Part shown: positions 26,785 to 41,071 of the stretch, piece by piece | How the letters are laid out: every line of letters starts with the position of its first letter | Numbering within the stretch: the first letter of the stretch is position 1 | Source: Eledone cirrhosa | Taxonomy: Eukaryota | Reading direction: 5' to 3' | Length of the DNA: 64,000 nt | Assembly: GCA_964016885.1 (NCBI GenBank) | Contig: OZ024748.1 | Location: 57,412,001-57,476,000, forward strand | Translations under genes and position numbers: made by a program | The notes under the pieces: model-generated | Told to the model about the DNA's origin: nothing | The model's input: only the letters and a program-made list of their open reading frames with translations | The model's database searches: none

Positions 26785-27339
26785 CAGGGTGGTCCGAAAG
26801 TCTTGTCACCCCTTGTCATAAATTGTTTTAACTTTCAGTATGTTTTGTTTTAATAATATAATATAATTAATTATAATATATCATTGTTTCTATTTTGGGC
26901 AGAAGGCCAACAATTATCCCAGTGTATTACTAGTACTTTATTTTATCGACCTCGTAAGGATGAACGGCTAAGTTAACCTCGGCGGGATTTGAACTCAGAC
27001 TATAAAGGGCCATAACTCTGTGCTGCAAAGCATAGTGTCCTACCATTACCAATACTACCAATCCACCGCCCTTTTTAATAATATATTATAATTATAATAT
27101 ATAATAATAACAATATAATTTTCTATTTCAGAGCTCCTACAGTTTGGAAGATATGTTTCTTTCAAGTGTATGGACACATGGTTGTGTGCATTCTGGCAAG
27201 AGCATGGAGGATGTGTGACATGACTTCAGTGCAAGATTCGGCAAACCAGCTCCTCTGAAGAGGATGATACTGCGATGGGAACATAAACCGTTTCTCATTA
27301 CTTTTTGGTAGGGGGTGACAAGACTTTCGGACCACCCTG
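26785..27339. mobile_element. Tc1/mariner-type MITE with a nested SINE (26884-27070, minus)
   Basis: 28-bp TIRs CAGGGTGGTCCGAAAGTCTTGTCACCCC, flanked by a TA TSD. Confidence 0.9.
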
Positions 27340-28589
27340 TACTTTAATACAATATTTATAAGGAATTTCGTGCTCTTCCATTTCTGCCAAATTCCCGCTG
27401 TATTTTAACTGAAAAATATTGTCGAGTCCCACCCCGTAGAACTTGGTGTAATATTCAGTTTATGTCTTATAGTAAGGCGTCTGTGATTGGTTGGAATAAT
27501 AGAGAATGTAATCATTTGACGAAAATACCTAATGTCACGTCATTGCTGTAAACTGGGTATCGCTGAGTCATTGCCACGAACGTATTCGACTAGAGCCCAG
27601 AGTTGACGTGCAGCAAATGAAATATTAAAGAAATATATTCACTACAGCTAGCAATTGAAACCAGGTCACAGATCCATTTCATGGGTAATTTGTCTCATTT
27701 TTTTTCTGCTCACTAATTTATTGTCCACTAAACTAATCTTGTCTCAAGTTTACAGGAAAAAAAAAAAATAATAATAACAAACGAAAACGAAAAGTAGTAA
27801 AAAGGGAGACAATAGAATATGAAAAAAAAAATGCAAGCAGCAGAAATACCGAGGAAATGAAATGATTAGAATTTTTCCTTCAGGAAACATAACAATGTGA
27901 TTAAAAGAATATATATTTGATTGGATTTTAAACCAAATTTAAATTGAGTAATGTGATAGGCAAAGCTGTTATAAATTACTTGTTGATATCGTGAACAATA
28001 AATCTTGTGAATTTTTTGTATCTCTGAAGAATGAGTTTTGGACTATTTAATTTAAAATTGCTTTTATTTTTTCGTTAAGATCATGTTTTATTTAATTATT
28101 TTTATATATACATCTACTTGCTATTATTCTCGTTGTTCTTTTTGTTTAATATAATTCCCCTTTACTTCTAAATTATTTGGATTGCAATTGTTTTCCCAGA
28201 TCAAGTGTAGCACTTGATGCATTCTTATTTTATTGCCATTCGTTATAAGATTTAGATGTACTTTTAATTCCCAGTTATAAAAGATAACTTTTCAGTAGTC
28301 ACAAAGTTTTAATTTTTGTTTTCAGTGCTAAATTCAAATTTCTTTGGAGAATTGCATTTAAAACGAAATATTGGAACTGAATTACAAATGAAAAGTGATA
28401 AATTGGCAGAGTGGTTATATAGTTGGATGGTATTGTATAGTCCCGTAACTGCTGAAAGTCGTAGGGGCGCCGCATTTTAAAGCCTGGCGGAGCCCATTCC
28501 TCTCCAGGTTTGAATACAGCAGATTTCTTCCAGAGAAAGATAGAAAGTGATAGAGAGGAAATGAGAAAGAGATATAGAGGAAGAATCGA

Positions 28590-28932
28590 CCCCTATACTA
28601 GACTGGTACTTTTTTATCGAACTCAAAAGGATGAAAGTCAAAGTTGACCTCGGCGAGATTTGAACTGAGAGAGCAGAGAACCGGAATGAATATTATAAAG
28701 GCGGTGGATTGTCATATCGGTGGAGGGTCGGATGCCATGCTTTCCAGCATAGTTACGTCCCTTTACGATCTGAGTTCAAATCCCGCCGAGGTTGACTTTG
28801 CCTTTCATCCTTACGGGGTCGATAAAATAAAGTACCAGTAATATACTGGGTAATTGCTGGCCTTGTGCCTAACGTAGAAACAATTATAAAGCATTCTATC
28901 CGACGTTCTTACGACTCCGCCAATTCGCCGCC
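28590..28932. mobile_element. Young SINE (28700-28887, +) nested in an older minus-strand SINE
   Basis: Consensus copy flanked by the duplication ATTATAAAG. Confidence 0.8.
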
Positions 28933-29514
28933 ATTAGTTGGATAGAATATTTTGAAATATTCGTCACAGCTTTTAGCACTCTGAGTTTAAATCCCGCCAG
29001 ATAAAGTATCAGTCCAGTACTGGGGCCAATTCTTTCTCAACATATCTTTTTTACTCCCTCTCGTTGTGATTTATGAACATGTCAAACTAGAATTGTAATG
29101 ATAGCTTAGAAAATCTGCTAAAGTATCCTTATAGACATTGTCTAAGCTATTATTTCCAGCAACCAAGTGGGTTTACAGTTATTTCTATGTCTTTGTACTA
29201 TATTATCCGTTAACATCAATAATTCAATAATATGAATACAATGTTGTTTATATTCAAAATCTCTTTGATTTAACTTTCTAATTTAGATGCCCATTGCTGT
29301 CAGAGGCCGAAAGATACGATGTTCGATTCCTTGTAGCGGCCACAGGATTAGTCTTTTTCCCGTCTATAGCGGTATTTTATCCGACTTTCTAAGCTCTAAT
29401 TTTATAGCACACAAATATGTTTACAAATATTTTCTGTGTCTGAGTTTCCTACATTTTCTTTGTACTTCATCACTCCTCTTTAGCGCTTCAAAAGTTCGAT
29501 ACATTGTATACAAT

Positions 29515-29559
<45 letters not shown>

Positions 29560-29566
<7 letters not shown>

Positions 29567-29929
29567 AAAGAAAAACCAACACAGATATATACATTTATGT
29601 GTTCAAATCGTAAGGGACCAGATTGGTGAAAAGAATACTAACTATAGACAATTAGGTTTGCTTGTCTCAATTTAAGAAAAAAATCAAAATAAATACAAAC
29701 CGGAATTGTGGCAACTACCATCACCCAGACAACTTGGTGTTGTTTCGCAATGTTAATTGTGAATAGAATTACCAATTCAAGCTCATCATCACGATTTGAA
29801 CACATAAATGTATATATCTGTGTTCGTTTTTCTTTTTCTTTTATAATATACGGCTCGGAAATATCTCTTTCTTAGAGCTATTTTGTTGTAAGAGACTATT
29901 TTGAGTTCCTAACTCAATATATACCTCTG

Positions 29930-29931
<2 letters not shown>
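29560..29931. mobile_element. TA-embedded fold-back element with a hammerhead in the spacer (family F)
   Basis: Arms about 29562-29611 and 29791-29850; minus strand 29788-29728 reads TGATGA gc..gc GAA ACAAC accaa GTTGT C. Confidence 0.75.
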
Positions 29932-29968
<37 letters not shown>

Positions 29969-30482
29969 CTTATTCAACTTTTAATGTTCCCACGAAAAAG
30001 ACACACAAAGATACACATAATGTTTGTGTATGTTTTAAATATATCAACTTTTGTATGTATTGAAATGTGATATTTTCCTGTAATAGTTTTCCTAGCCACC
30101 AATCTGTTTTTTCTGCGATTTTCTTTCAAAGTGATCTTGCTTTCGTTCACCCGTTGGCGCGTCCATTCGTATTAGGTACACAAAGGCCTTTGAAAGTATG
30201 TTATTTGGCAGCTGTCCAGTATTAGACAGCTCGTCGTGTCAGTAACTGCAGACTCTGTCCTTTGACTTTAACTTATCTGATTTATCAAAAGAAATGTGAA
30301 GTGTAAACGTTGAAATAATGTAACTTAAATGTCATTTGCGATAAAACAAATAAAGAGAACATACAGGTAGTGTTTGTTCTGAGCTAAAGACCATTGCTGT
30401 TCATTAATATATATATACACGTATTTAGAAATTTGAAATATTGTAAATATCTTTCAAACTCAATATTCAGAATGCTGATATA

Positions 30483-30878
30483 CAGACCTGTCAACTATCC
30501 CCGTCCGACGGGGTGATTTCCCACCCACTTTAGGGTGGGTGTGAGATGTCTTCTCTTGTGCAAATGGGTATAGCTTTCATTATGTAAAATCTCTCCGGGC
30601 GGTGGATTGGCAGTATCGGTAGAGAGTCGGACGCCATGCTTTCCAGCATAGTTACGTCCCTTTACGATCTGAGTTCAAATCCCGCCGAGGTTCACTTTGC
30701 CTTTCATCCTTACGGGGTCGATAAAATAAAGTACCAGTAATACACTGGGTAATTGCTGGCCTTGTGCCTAAAGTAGAAACAATTATGTAAAATCTCTCCA
30801 TTTTGCCTAATTTCTCCCCGTTTTGGGCACTCTTTTCATGGTACTTTCCGTTTGGGTTTTTAAAGATTGGCAGGTCTG
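30483..30878. mobile_element. MITE with CAGACCTG(T/C)CAA TIRs and a nested SINE (30598-30786); other copies about 22950-23137 and 35813-36008
   Basis: TIR pair CAGACCTGTCAA / TTGGCAGGTCTG; the SINE is flanked by the TSD ATTATGTAAAATCTCTCC. Confidence 0.75.
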
Positions 30879-31499
30879 AAAATACACATCATAATTAGAA
30901 AAAGAAAGGAGAGTGGGATATGCAAAGTTGGTAGAATGCTGGACAAAATTTAGTGTAGTATTTAGTTAAGTTTTGAATTCCAATTCCAATGGGGTCGAGT
31001 TTGTTCTTCACTCTTCTGGGATTGATAAAGTACTAAATACTTTACTAAGGTAAATTTTCTTGATTATATTCTTACCCAAAAGTGTTTCACTGGCAGTGTT
31101 ATTAGAAGGTCGGATAGAATGATTTGTGATAATTTGTCCGGCGTTTTGCGCTCTGAGTTCAAATCCTACAGATGTAAAGTTTTCCTGTTATCCTTTCAAG
31201 GTCGATAAAGTACCAGTCCAATACTAGAGTAGAATTTTTACTCCACTTCCAGTGTATCCGAAAGAAGAGTGATAAGCTCCATTCGGTTTAAATGCCAGAT
31301 ACAGGCCATGTGACGATGGCGTTACTATGACTTCATCAATAGTTAAGGGGCAGTGGAATGAATCGTTTCTCACATAAAGGCTTATGATACCAGTGTTCAA
31401 AATCAGTTTTTAAGATGGTCATGTATTATTGTTAAAGACATAGAACTTTCAGATTATGTTGAGAAGTAAACAAAAGGATTTGCTCTTATGTCGTAGTTA

Positions 31500-31596
31500 C
31501 CGTATTTCCCGGCGCCGAAGACGCATCGTCCTCGAGGACGCACCCTAATTTTGACAACCAAAAATTTGAAAAAAAAAAAAAAAAAAAAAAAAAAAC
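31500..31596 (+). mobile_element. pogo/Tigger-like transposon end
   Basis: TA followed by CCGTATTTCCCGGCG..AAGACGCA..GACGCACCC. Confidence 0.5.
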
Positions 31597-31710
31597 GTTT
31601 GGCCTCCAGGAGTCTACTAGTGAAGTTGATAGCATGGACTGTTCACTTTCTAACTGTGTGACTTTTGATGACAATATGTTGACAACCACTCAGACTTTCT
31701 ATTTAGTATA

Positions 31711-32057
31711 TGAGGGTCAGCTAAACAGTTCGTAGGCTGACCAAGATACACTCATGGAATGACGAAATGAGGTTTATTTTTCAACATAGTCGTTGGAAAC
31801 AAACAATGCAGTTAATAACAAAAAGAGTTGAAATTAATGCATGCAAGATTTCACAGCTCTAGCATCACTCCTTCATAGATACTCATAGACACCAAGTTAC
31901 TTTATAGATACCAAGATACTCTCATAGAATGACCAAATGAGGTTTATTTTTCAACATAGTCGTTGAAAACAAACAATGCAATTTTTAACTGGAAGATTTC
32001 ACAGCCTAGCATCACTCCTTCATAGTCAGCCTATGAGCTTCTCAGGTGGATCTTGTA
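31711..32057. mobile_element. Mariner-type MITE; other copies about 33930-34255 and 52320-52516
   Basis: Ends like TA-CGAGGGT..CTGAAAAGTTCATAGGCTGAC / GTCAGC(C/T)TATGAACTTTTCA..CCTCA-TA; internal tandem duplication in two copies. Confidence 0.75.
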
Positions 32058-33197
32058 TTAAATGCCTACATTAAGGTATCGTACATGTTCAGACAATCAT
32101 GAAAATCGTTTCTTACAATGAACAAGATATGGACGCATCGATTCAATAACTGATCAGTATATTTTGAAACCATCAATATTTTAATCATTCATATCCAAAC
32201 ATAGTTTGACAATGAAGTTATATAATGTTTTCTGGGTATCTAAACGAATGAATATGTAGTATAAGATTAAAAAAATATATTCTCGATTAGACAGCTCTAA
32301 TACTTTTAATTCCACCTGGAAGGTAAGTTTTAGGACGATAAACTAATGCTTTCATAAGCCACTTATCACAATGGAGAGTTCATGCAAAACTATTGTAAGT
32401 GTATTGAGATGGAGAATCTTGTATATTGTGCCAAGAAAAGTTGTTTCATTCATTTTGGCTATCGAAGTAACTAAATTATCAATAACGGTATAGTTAATTT
32501 TTTATGTGTTATTGAAGATCGCAAAATATAATATGGTTAGCGGGGTATATTTTTTTCATTCAGTATACAAAATGCACTGCAATGCACGAAATGCCATTCA
32601 ATTTGAAAGGAGGATCTAGCAGCTATATAACTTTTCACTTTATATTTCTATTCAAACGTGTGCATTATTTTGATTGTACGTTTAATAAATTTTGTAGATA
32701 TGTTTTGCTTAGGAACGCGGAAGTGATCACCCCACGGCCTTGAAAATGATAACATTAGGCAAATTCCTAATACATCTTCTGCAAAATAATCTTGTAAGGT
32801 CATACTTATGTGTTGAACGATAAGGTTTTCAAGAACAAAACTATATATATATATATATATTCTCACATTGTACTGCGATGCTTTTTTACATTAAGCCATA
32901 TACTTCTTCCAAATTGCGTTCCATTGTGTTATAATCAGAGATAAGTAATACTCTCTTACCCCAATTTAAGCTTAAAAAAATGCTGATTCTTTTTGTTCTC
33001 GGTACAAAAGTTTTGTCTTTTATGAGAAGTAAGAAATGAATTAGTGTGACGTTCAATTATTTCCAGGTGCAAATAACGCAAACGTAAGTCAATTTACAAT
33101 TGAAATCTAGTTCTTCGATTCCATATACTACGTGATTAAATTCTGTTCCGTGGCAATCGCCATCAAAATAAACGAAATTGTAATGTGTACTCAAAAT

Positions 33198-33385
33198 AAT
33201 TTTCTACTTTTTGGCACACGGCCAGCAATTACTAGTACATTACTGGTACTTTATTTTATCGACCCCGTAAGGATGAAAGGCAAAGTTAACCTCGGTAGGA
33301 TTTGAACTCGGATCAGAAAGGGGCGTAACTCTGTGCTACAAAGCATGTTGTCCGACCCTCTACCGATACTGCCAAACCATCATCC
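33198..33385 (-). mobile_element. SINE with TSD
   Basis: Consensus copy flanked by AATGTGTACTCAAAATAAT. Confidence 0.9.
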
Positions 33386-36300
33386 TAAATGTGTACTCAA
33401 AATAATGTTTGAAATTTATCGGTTTTGTTATTCATAAGTAAAAAAAATTACAGTATATTACTGAGTTAGTATTTAGTTGTTCTGAGATCAAAAACCACCA
33501 GAGATGATATTTTCTCTCATTATCCCGAAAGCAATGGGGTATATTAATTTGTTTCTGTATAGCATTTGATGTTATGTTTGGTTCCAATGTCAGTATTAAA
33601 ACATTATTGTGTCAAATTGGGAGAATTGTTAGAGCGTCTGACAAAATATGTTGCAGCATTTAGTTGCAGCTCTTTATTTTTTGAGGTCAAATCTCGTTGA
33701 AGTTAACTTTTTCTTCATTCCGGGGTCGGCGTCTATATAATTGCCTTCTCCCACCCCGAATTGTTCATATTGAGAGTAATGTAAAGATCATTATTACAAA
33801 AATTATACAATATAGTAATTAGTTTCATCTCTCTACATTTCGAGTTCATACTTATTTGGGGCCAACTTAGTTTTCCTCAGATATAGATATATAGGTGTCT
33901 ACTCAATTGGTTGAGCTAATTACGTGTGTTGGCTGACACGTTCATAGGCTGACCAAGATACTCTCATGGAATGACCAAAGGAGGTTTATTTCTCAACATA
34001 GTCCCTGGAAAGAAGCAATAGTTAACAAGAAAGTCGAAATTAATGCATGTAAGATTTCACAGCCTAGCATCACTCCTTCATAGGCTGACCAAGATACTCT
34101 CATGGAATGACCAAATGAGATTTATTTTTTAACATAGTCTCTGGAAAGAAACAATGCAGTTATTAACAAGAAAGTTGAAATTAAAGCATGTAAGATATCA
34201 CAGCTTTCGCATCACTCCTTTATAGTCAGCGTATGAACTTTTCAGACGACCCTTGAATGTCGGTTGAGCTAATTACATCTAATTATCTCAGTAGCAATTA
34301 AAGCAGATTAAAAAGATGAAATGCTAAGTATGTTACATCAAGGGGTTAATTGCTTTACAATATTATGAGATGATATTTACGATCTTCACTGAATACGAAA
34401 CGGAGAACACGAGAGGTATCTACATATAATGGCTTGTAACCTCTGACTTTAATAGAATTCGATGGAATGGAACGAACCTCTCAGGAGAACTGGACAGCAG
34501 AAGGCCTTCAGAGGCGTAACCCTCCCTATGCAAGTATTTTGGCCTTAAATTCTTACATTCTAAGGGCGCTAGACCGCATCCAGGCCATGATTCCTGGGTG
34601 CCTTTCTGCTGATATTTTTAGCTCCTTGGATTAGGAAGATTTGAGTATTTAAACCGAATGGAGATTGTGTTAATATATAACTGCAGATTCTTTCTGTTGC
34701 TTCTGCTTTCAAATTTATATTTAAACGCTTTCGTTGGGGGTTTCTTACCACTGCTGACATTTATTAGCTACTTCGATATCGGAGACCTGAGTATTTAAAT
34801 CGTATGAAGATTTTATTGACAAAATCTAGCTGGAACTCCACTCATTTCCTTTGCTTTCAAACTAATATTTTAAATGCTTTTGAGTTTGGAAAAATAACAT
34901 TTGAGGTGGGAGGGGTTCTTACAATTTCTTCGATATATGGCTAACATTAAAAACATTGGGACTCTGTTGGTTGAAAGAAATTACTATTTTTCTGGAACTG
35001 CAATGCGCGAGAATTAGATTTTATATATTTCATGTATTTCTGTCATTCATGTCCGTCTTAATGTCAATAAATGAAGGATCACTGGATTGACAGTATTGTT
35101 AAAAACTCAGACGGGTTGCTTTGCAGTGTGTAATCCGACTTTGCGCATTCTGAGTTTAAATCCTGCGTCTCCCTCCATACTTTATGCCCGGCGTCAATGG
35201 TGGCGACTCATTGTTGTAAATCAACCAAAAGTCCTGACTTCACGTTCTCAAAGGAATGGATGAATCACGACAACGAATATTAAGTTACATCTCCATTAGC
35301 TAGTTTAAGTATATTTATCAAATCGTATATGCAACTACTACGGTTATGTGGAAGCCATAAACTATTTGTAGAAACAGGTTATCTGTCACCTCTTGAATGC
35401 AATTGTAGGTGATTTATATAGACAAGGTGATTTACATACTGTCCACAACACTCGTTGCTTTCGTTCGTTTAAGTCAGCAAATTATCTCACAGTTTCAGGG
35501 TAAATATGACTAAGTTAATATTGATAGACTATCAGCAGAGAAATCTCACTTATTACAAGGAAGATTAGGCTAGTTGCTGCTTATTTATTTTCGTACAGTT
35601 AAAGCCATTTTTCCTTTTGTTACAACATTTATATTTTACCTTGATATTACAGCTGCGTTTGTTTATAGCAACTATCTGAAATAATCACGAGTGAACACGG
35701 TCAAAGGATTTTTAATAATCTATGAGATAATTACAAAAAAGAATAGTACTTTTGGAAGAAGAGATTAAATATTAAATTGTTATAAAACAGCTCAGCTCAA
35801 CAGGTCACATTTGCAGACCTATCAACTCTTCCCATCTGATGGGGAGATTTCTCGCCCACTTTGGGGTGGGTGAGAGATGTCTTCACTTGTGAAAATGGGT
35901 ATAGCTTTCATTAAGTAAATTCTTCCCATTTTGTCTAATTTCTCCTCGTTTTGGGGCGCTTTTTTTCATGGTACTCCCCGTTTGGGTTTTTAGAGGTTGG
36001 CAGGCCTGCCTTGGTAACATCGTAGAATACATATTAAGGGAAAAAAAGAAAAAAAAAACTGAAACCATTTCCTAGATTTGCTCGTAAGTGGGAATATTGT
36101 GGTATCTGTTTAGAAAGCGAATTTGTAGAATAATATGGCGCCCAATTAATGTCGAAAGAACATGTGGAAGAAATGAAGGGGAAGAAAAAATTGTCAACAA
36201 TACATTAGAGATAGGCAACAAAAAAAGCAAAATGAACAAATTATGACGTAACCGTCTTAAGGATGTTTACCCCACCCTCTTGTTACACACACATACACAC

Positions 36301-37620
36301 ACACATATATAGACACTAATATACACATACAAGTATATAATCACCAAAATGAACATTATTAGCCACCTAGCGAGTTTTAATGCCGGCTGAGATAGCAGTG
36401 TATGTTTCTTTCATTTGACTTCAACATAAGTACCCAGCGTGATGTCAAGATATTGTAAAATGTAATAATAGAGTAAGCCTTAGGAAAATTGTGTAAATTC
36501 CAAATTGATTTCATCATTTCTTGTATTTTCTTAAATTATTTGCAATTCTTTTTCTCTTAAATATTTTCACGTTTTTCTTTCCTCTTTTTACATTCTTCAA
36601 TTTTTTACATCTCATGTTTTCTTTTTCTTTATATAACCCATCTACAATATATATTTACAATTTAATGATTCAATGCGATCTTGTCACACAACGCCACATG
36701 ATCTCAGGAAAAAACTCAATTCACAATACGTACAACATCGTTATATTCGCCTACGCAAAAAAGAAGACACATACAGATGCACATGCGTTCGTATGTAAAG
36801 GGCAATGATTCAACTTAACAACACACAAAACTAAATGAATAATACCAAAGTAAACAGCAACACAACAGAAATAAACCATAGAAAACAAGACACACAGAGA
36901 GGAACGGGGACACACAGAGGGGAAATAGGGCACACAGAAAAGAGGACACGTAGGAAAGAGGGGAGAGAGGACACGGAGGGTTCAGGACTTACAGAAAGCT
37001 AAAACAAAGAATATTAACGAAAACAATAGGATAAATGGAAATTAGTAGCAAAACGGTAGCGAAGAAGCAACATTAAACAAACAAAATTTGTCAATTACAA
37101 CAGTAACAACAACCATATCAACAAGAATAGAAAAAAAAGAACATATACAACATCAAGAAGGTTCCAACACTTACACAAAACATACAAATGGAACAATAGG
37201 AACTACATAGAAAATAGAGAAAATGTCGAACCCAACAAGAACATTGGAGAGAGAGGGAGAGAGACTACGCAGTCATCCGACCTGCTAGAAATTGCATCCA
37301 GATATTCCTCAAAACATAATACACTGTCATAAGAAGGATATGATAGTCATACTTGAATGCCTTTCATCACAAATCTTCATGATTAAATCTGTATGATTAA
37401 AACTGAAAACAATAGAAAATATAAATATCTATGATAAAAATTAATAGTGAGAACGTAAATCCACTCCAAATCGAACACACGAACCTCTGTGCCTCTCTTG
37501 ACGTGCTAGGAACTGCACTCAAATCAGTTTCCAAGATGTCCTTAACTTTTTGGAAGACAAAAAAGACAAATTGGAAAATATAGCTCAGGCTATAGTGAAT
37601 TTGTCCTCATAGGTCTACAC

Positions 37621-37931
37621 CAGGGGCATGCAACAGGCGGTCCGCGGGCAACAATCAGGCCCGCCAGACGAGTCAGAGTGGCCCGCGATGACCGTATTTA
37701 ATTTTTACCTTGTAGGCTTATTTAGAATTTTTTTCGTAACTGTAATACAAGTTTCTGTTATTTGACCTATACTAAAGGGCTTCACTGGTATGGTTATGTG
37801 TGTTATACTTTCCCTATTCCATGTTATGGAAAGAAGTTGTGGTGAATCTTTGGCATAGTTCTTAATAAATATTAATGGCTCCAATAGTTGTTCAAAAGTG
37901 GCCCGCCAATGGAATATGTTGGACACCCCTG
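37621..37931. mobile_element. hAT MITE with a perfect 8-bp TSD
   Basis: CAGGGG..CCCCTG termini, GGCCCGC subterminal motifs, TSD GTCTACAC (37613-37620 and 37932-37939). Confidence 0.9.
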
Positions 37932-38356
37932 GTCTACACTTTCAGTAATTTAAAAAACAACAGTCGATGGACTTTCGTCAAATCGGACCGAGGAAACAAT
38001 GTTTCCATTGGTTTTTCCAATTGCTAATACTATCTATCGGTCGCAACTCCAGGTAGAAGGAACAACGTGAAATAAAGTGTCTTGCTCAAGGACATAACGC
38101 ATCGCCCGGTCGGGGAATCGGACTCACAACCTCACGATTGCGAATCCTATTCTCTAACCACTCAGCCACGCGCCATCACTAGCATTGTGATAAGAAAAAC
38201 AATGAGAAAATGTCGATGTTACCTTGAAAATAAACGTCAGACAGAGAACTGGAAGTAAAACACTAGAGACAACATCTAATGTTTTCTGTAAATGTGGTTT
38301 TTGTTGTTGTTGTTGTTGATGCTGTTGTCGGTAGTGGTAGTAACCATGCTGTAATA

Positions 38357-38773
38357 ATGGTTTCTTATATAGGCACAAGGCCAGCAATTTAGGGCGAGGG
38401 GAAAGTCGATTAAATCAACCCCAGTGTGTGACTGGTACTTTATTTTATCGAACTCGTAAGGACGAAAGGCAAAGTTAACCTCGGCTGGATTTGAACTCAG
38501 ACCATAAAGGGCCGTAACTGTTTGCTGCAAAGCATGGTGTCCGACGTTCGACCCTATTGATAATGCCAATCCACCGCTCTCATGATATTGTAATAAGTGG
38601 TTCTAAATTTGGCACAAGGCCAGCAATTACCCAGTGCATTACTGGTACTTTATTTTATCGACCCCGTAAGGATGAAAGGCAAAGTCAACCTCGACAGGAT
38701 TTGAACTCAGACCGTAAAGGGACGTAACTATGCTGGAAAGCATGGTGTCCGACCCTCTACCGATACTGCCAAT
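38357..38773 (-). mobile_element. Two SINEs, dominant family
   Basis: Reverse-complement consensus twice. Confidence 0.85.
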
Positions 38774-39164
38774 AGTGCCGGTGTGGTATGTTCTGGTATG
38801 ATGGTGGTGATGGAGTAAATATTAGTTTATGAAAACGCGGTATGTAAAATGTTAAAGGCAATTTATTGAGAGTCGTGCAAGTTTCAATGCATAAAGTTTT
38901 ATTACACGATACAGCATATATCTTCCTTCTGTTTCCTTTAATAGCAGCCATAAAAGATCTTCATGGAACAGCTGACATACAAATGGTCTTAAACTACTAT
39001 CATCAACTCAAGTATACTTTAATTGTTAAGCATCTCTTCACAATAAAGACGCACATACATTCATACACACATACGTACAAACATGAACACACATACATGT
39101 TTGTGTTAATGTCATATTTGCATATAGACAGTATTCAGTTTAAACCTACATGCGCAAAAGTGTG

Positions 39165-40030
39165 TATGTATATATATATATATTTATATGTATTTATGTA
39201 TGTATATTTATATGTATTTATGTATGTATATTTATATGTATTTATGTATGTATATTTATATGTATTTATGTATGTATATTTATATGTATTTATGTATGTA
39301 TATTTATATATGTATTTATGTATGTATATTTATATATGTATTTATGTATGTATATTTATATATGTATTTATGTATGTATATTTATATATGTATTTATGTA
39401 TGTATATTTATATATGTATTTATGTATGTATATTTATATATGTATTCATGTATGTATATTTATATATGTATTCATGTATGTATATTTATATATGTATTCA
39501 TGTATGTATATTTATATATGTATTCATGTATGTATATTTATATATGTATTCATGTATGTATATTTATATATGTATTCATGTATGTATATTTATATATGTA
39601 TTCATGTATGTATATTTATATATGTATTCATGTATGTATATTTATATATGTATTCATGTATGTATATTTATATATGTACCTATATGTACATATACAAACA
39701 TATATATATGTACATATATACATGTATGTACATATATACATGTATGTACATATATACATGTATGTACATATAATGTATGTATGTACATATAATGTATGTA
39801 TGTACATATAATGTATGTACATATGATATGTGTATGTACATTTATATATGTATGTACATTTATATATGTATGTACATTTATATATGTATGTACATTTATA
39901 TATGTATGTACATCTATATATGTATATATGTACATCTACATATGTATATACATTTATATATGTATATATGTACATCTACATATGTATGTACATATATATT
40001 TTTATATATATATATAAATATATATGTGTG
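39165..40030. repeat. TA-derived minisatellite (24-26-bp then 18-bp units)
   Basis: TATGTATT(T/C)ATGTATGTATATTTATA units, then TATGTACATTTATATATG units. Confidence 0.95.
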
Positions 40031-40031
40031 T

Positions 40032-40398
40032 ATACCCTCAGGGAAGAAGTGAGGTGGCATGACGTCACCTTGGCTGCTGATGACACCTAAGACCATTGTT
40101 GTCGCTGGAAACTATGTTTGCATGACTCTGGGCACGTCTTTGGATGAGACACCATTCTCCTGCTGACGCTGAGAAAGTCTGAAATATCCTTATTTGTTGT
40201 CCCGGCGTGGATTCCAAGAAGAACTCCGTGTCTCTTCCACAAATTTGGATATTCAAAATTATTCATAATCAATTATTCTGAAAATAAATAATGGAAATAT
40301 AGTCACTGTTTTTATGAAGACAAGAGTGACAACGGAAGTAAAACAAATTTGCATAAAATAGCAGTTGAAAATTGCGAACAAATAAGGTCCTCACCCTG
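40032..40398 (-). mobile_element. 5' end of a Tc1/mariner transposon (TIR + HTH remnant)
   Basis: TA-CAGGGTGAGGACC on the minus strand; peptide KRHGVLLGIHAGTTNKDISDFLSVSRRMVS looks like a transposase N-terminal HTH. Confidence 0.6.
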
Positions 40399-41034
40399 TA
40401 TATATGTACATATTTATATGTATGGATCTTTACATATATGCGTATACGTGTATATATGCATATATGTGTATGTATCTGTGTATATATTTATGTATGCATA
40501 TATGTACGGATGTGTGCATGTATGTATAAAAGTATGTATATGTGTATATATACATACATGTGTGTATGTAAATGTATGTATTTGTGTACGTATGCATATA
40601 TGTGATATATAATATGTAGACATGTTGTCTACATATCGTAAAAAATATGATTATACTTAATTAATATTTGACACTAATTGGTATCTCATCAGAGAAGAAT
40701 TATTTCAAGATATCACAAAGATATATGTAATTCATGGCCTGAATATATCATACAGACTTCCATCGATCAAAATATGCTGGTTAAATATGGTAATGAAGTA
40801 AAACTTTAGATATGCTCCCATAACAGTTCCGCATTCGGCGTTTTTTAAGTTTTTCACATGATTTATAAGGTATTTTGTAGGTTTCTGCGCTTGAGCACGT
40901 CATCCTTTGTTCTGATATATAAGGATTAAGTCGGTTTAAACTAGTTAGACCGTTATTCAACAGAATATTTGCCGTATATCTCGAAATTTGCGTACCGCTT
41001 TGTTTTGGCGACCGCCGAAATACGATCTCGCTGA

Positions 41035-41071
<37 letters not shown>

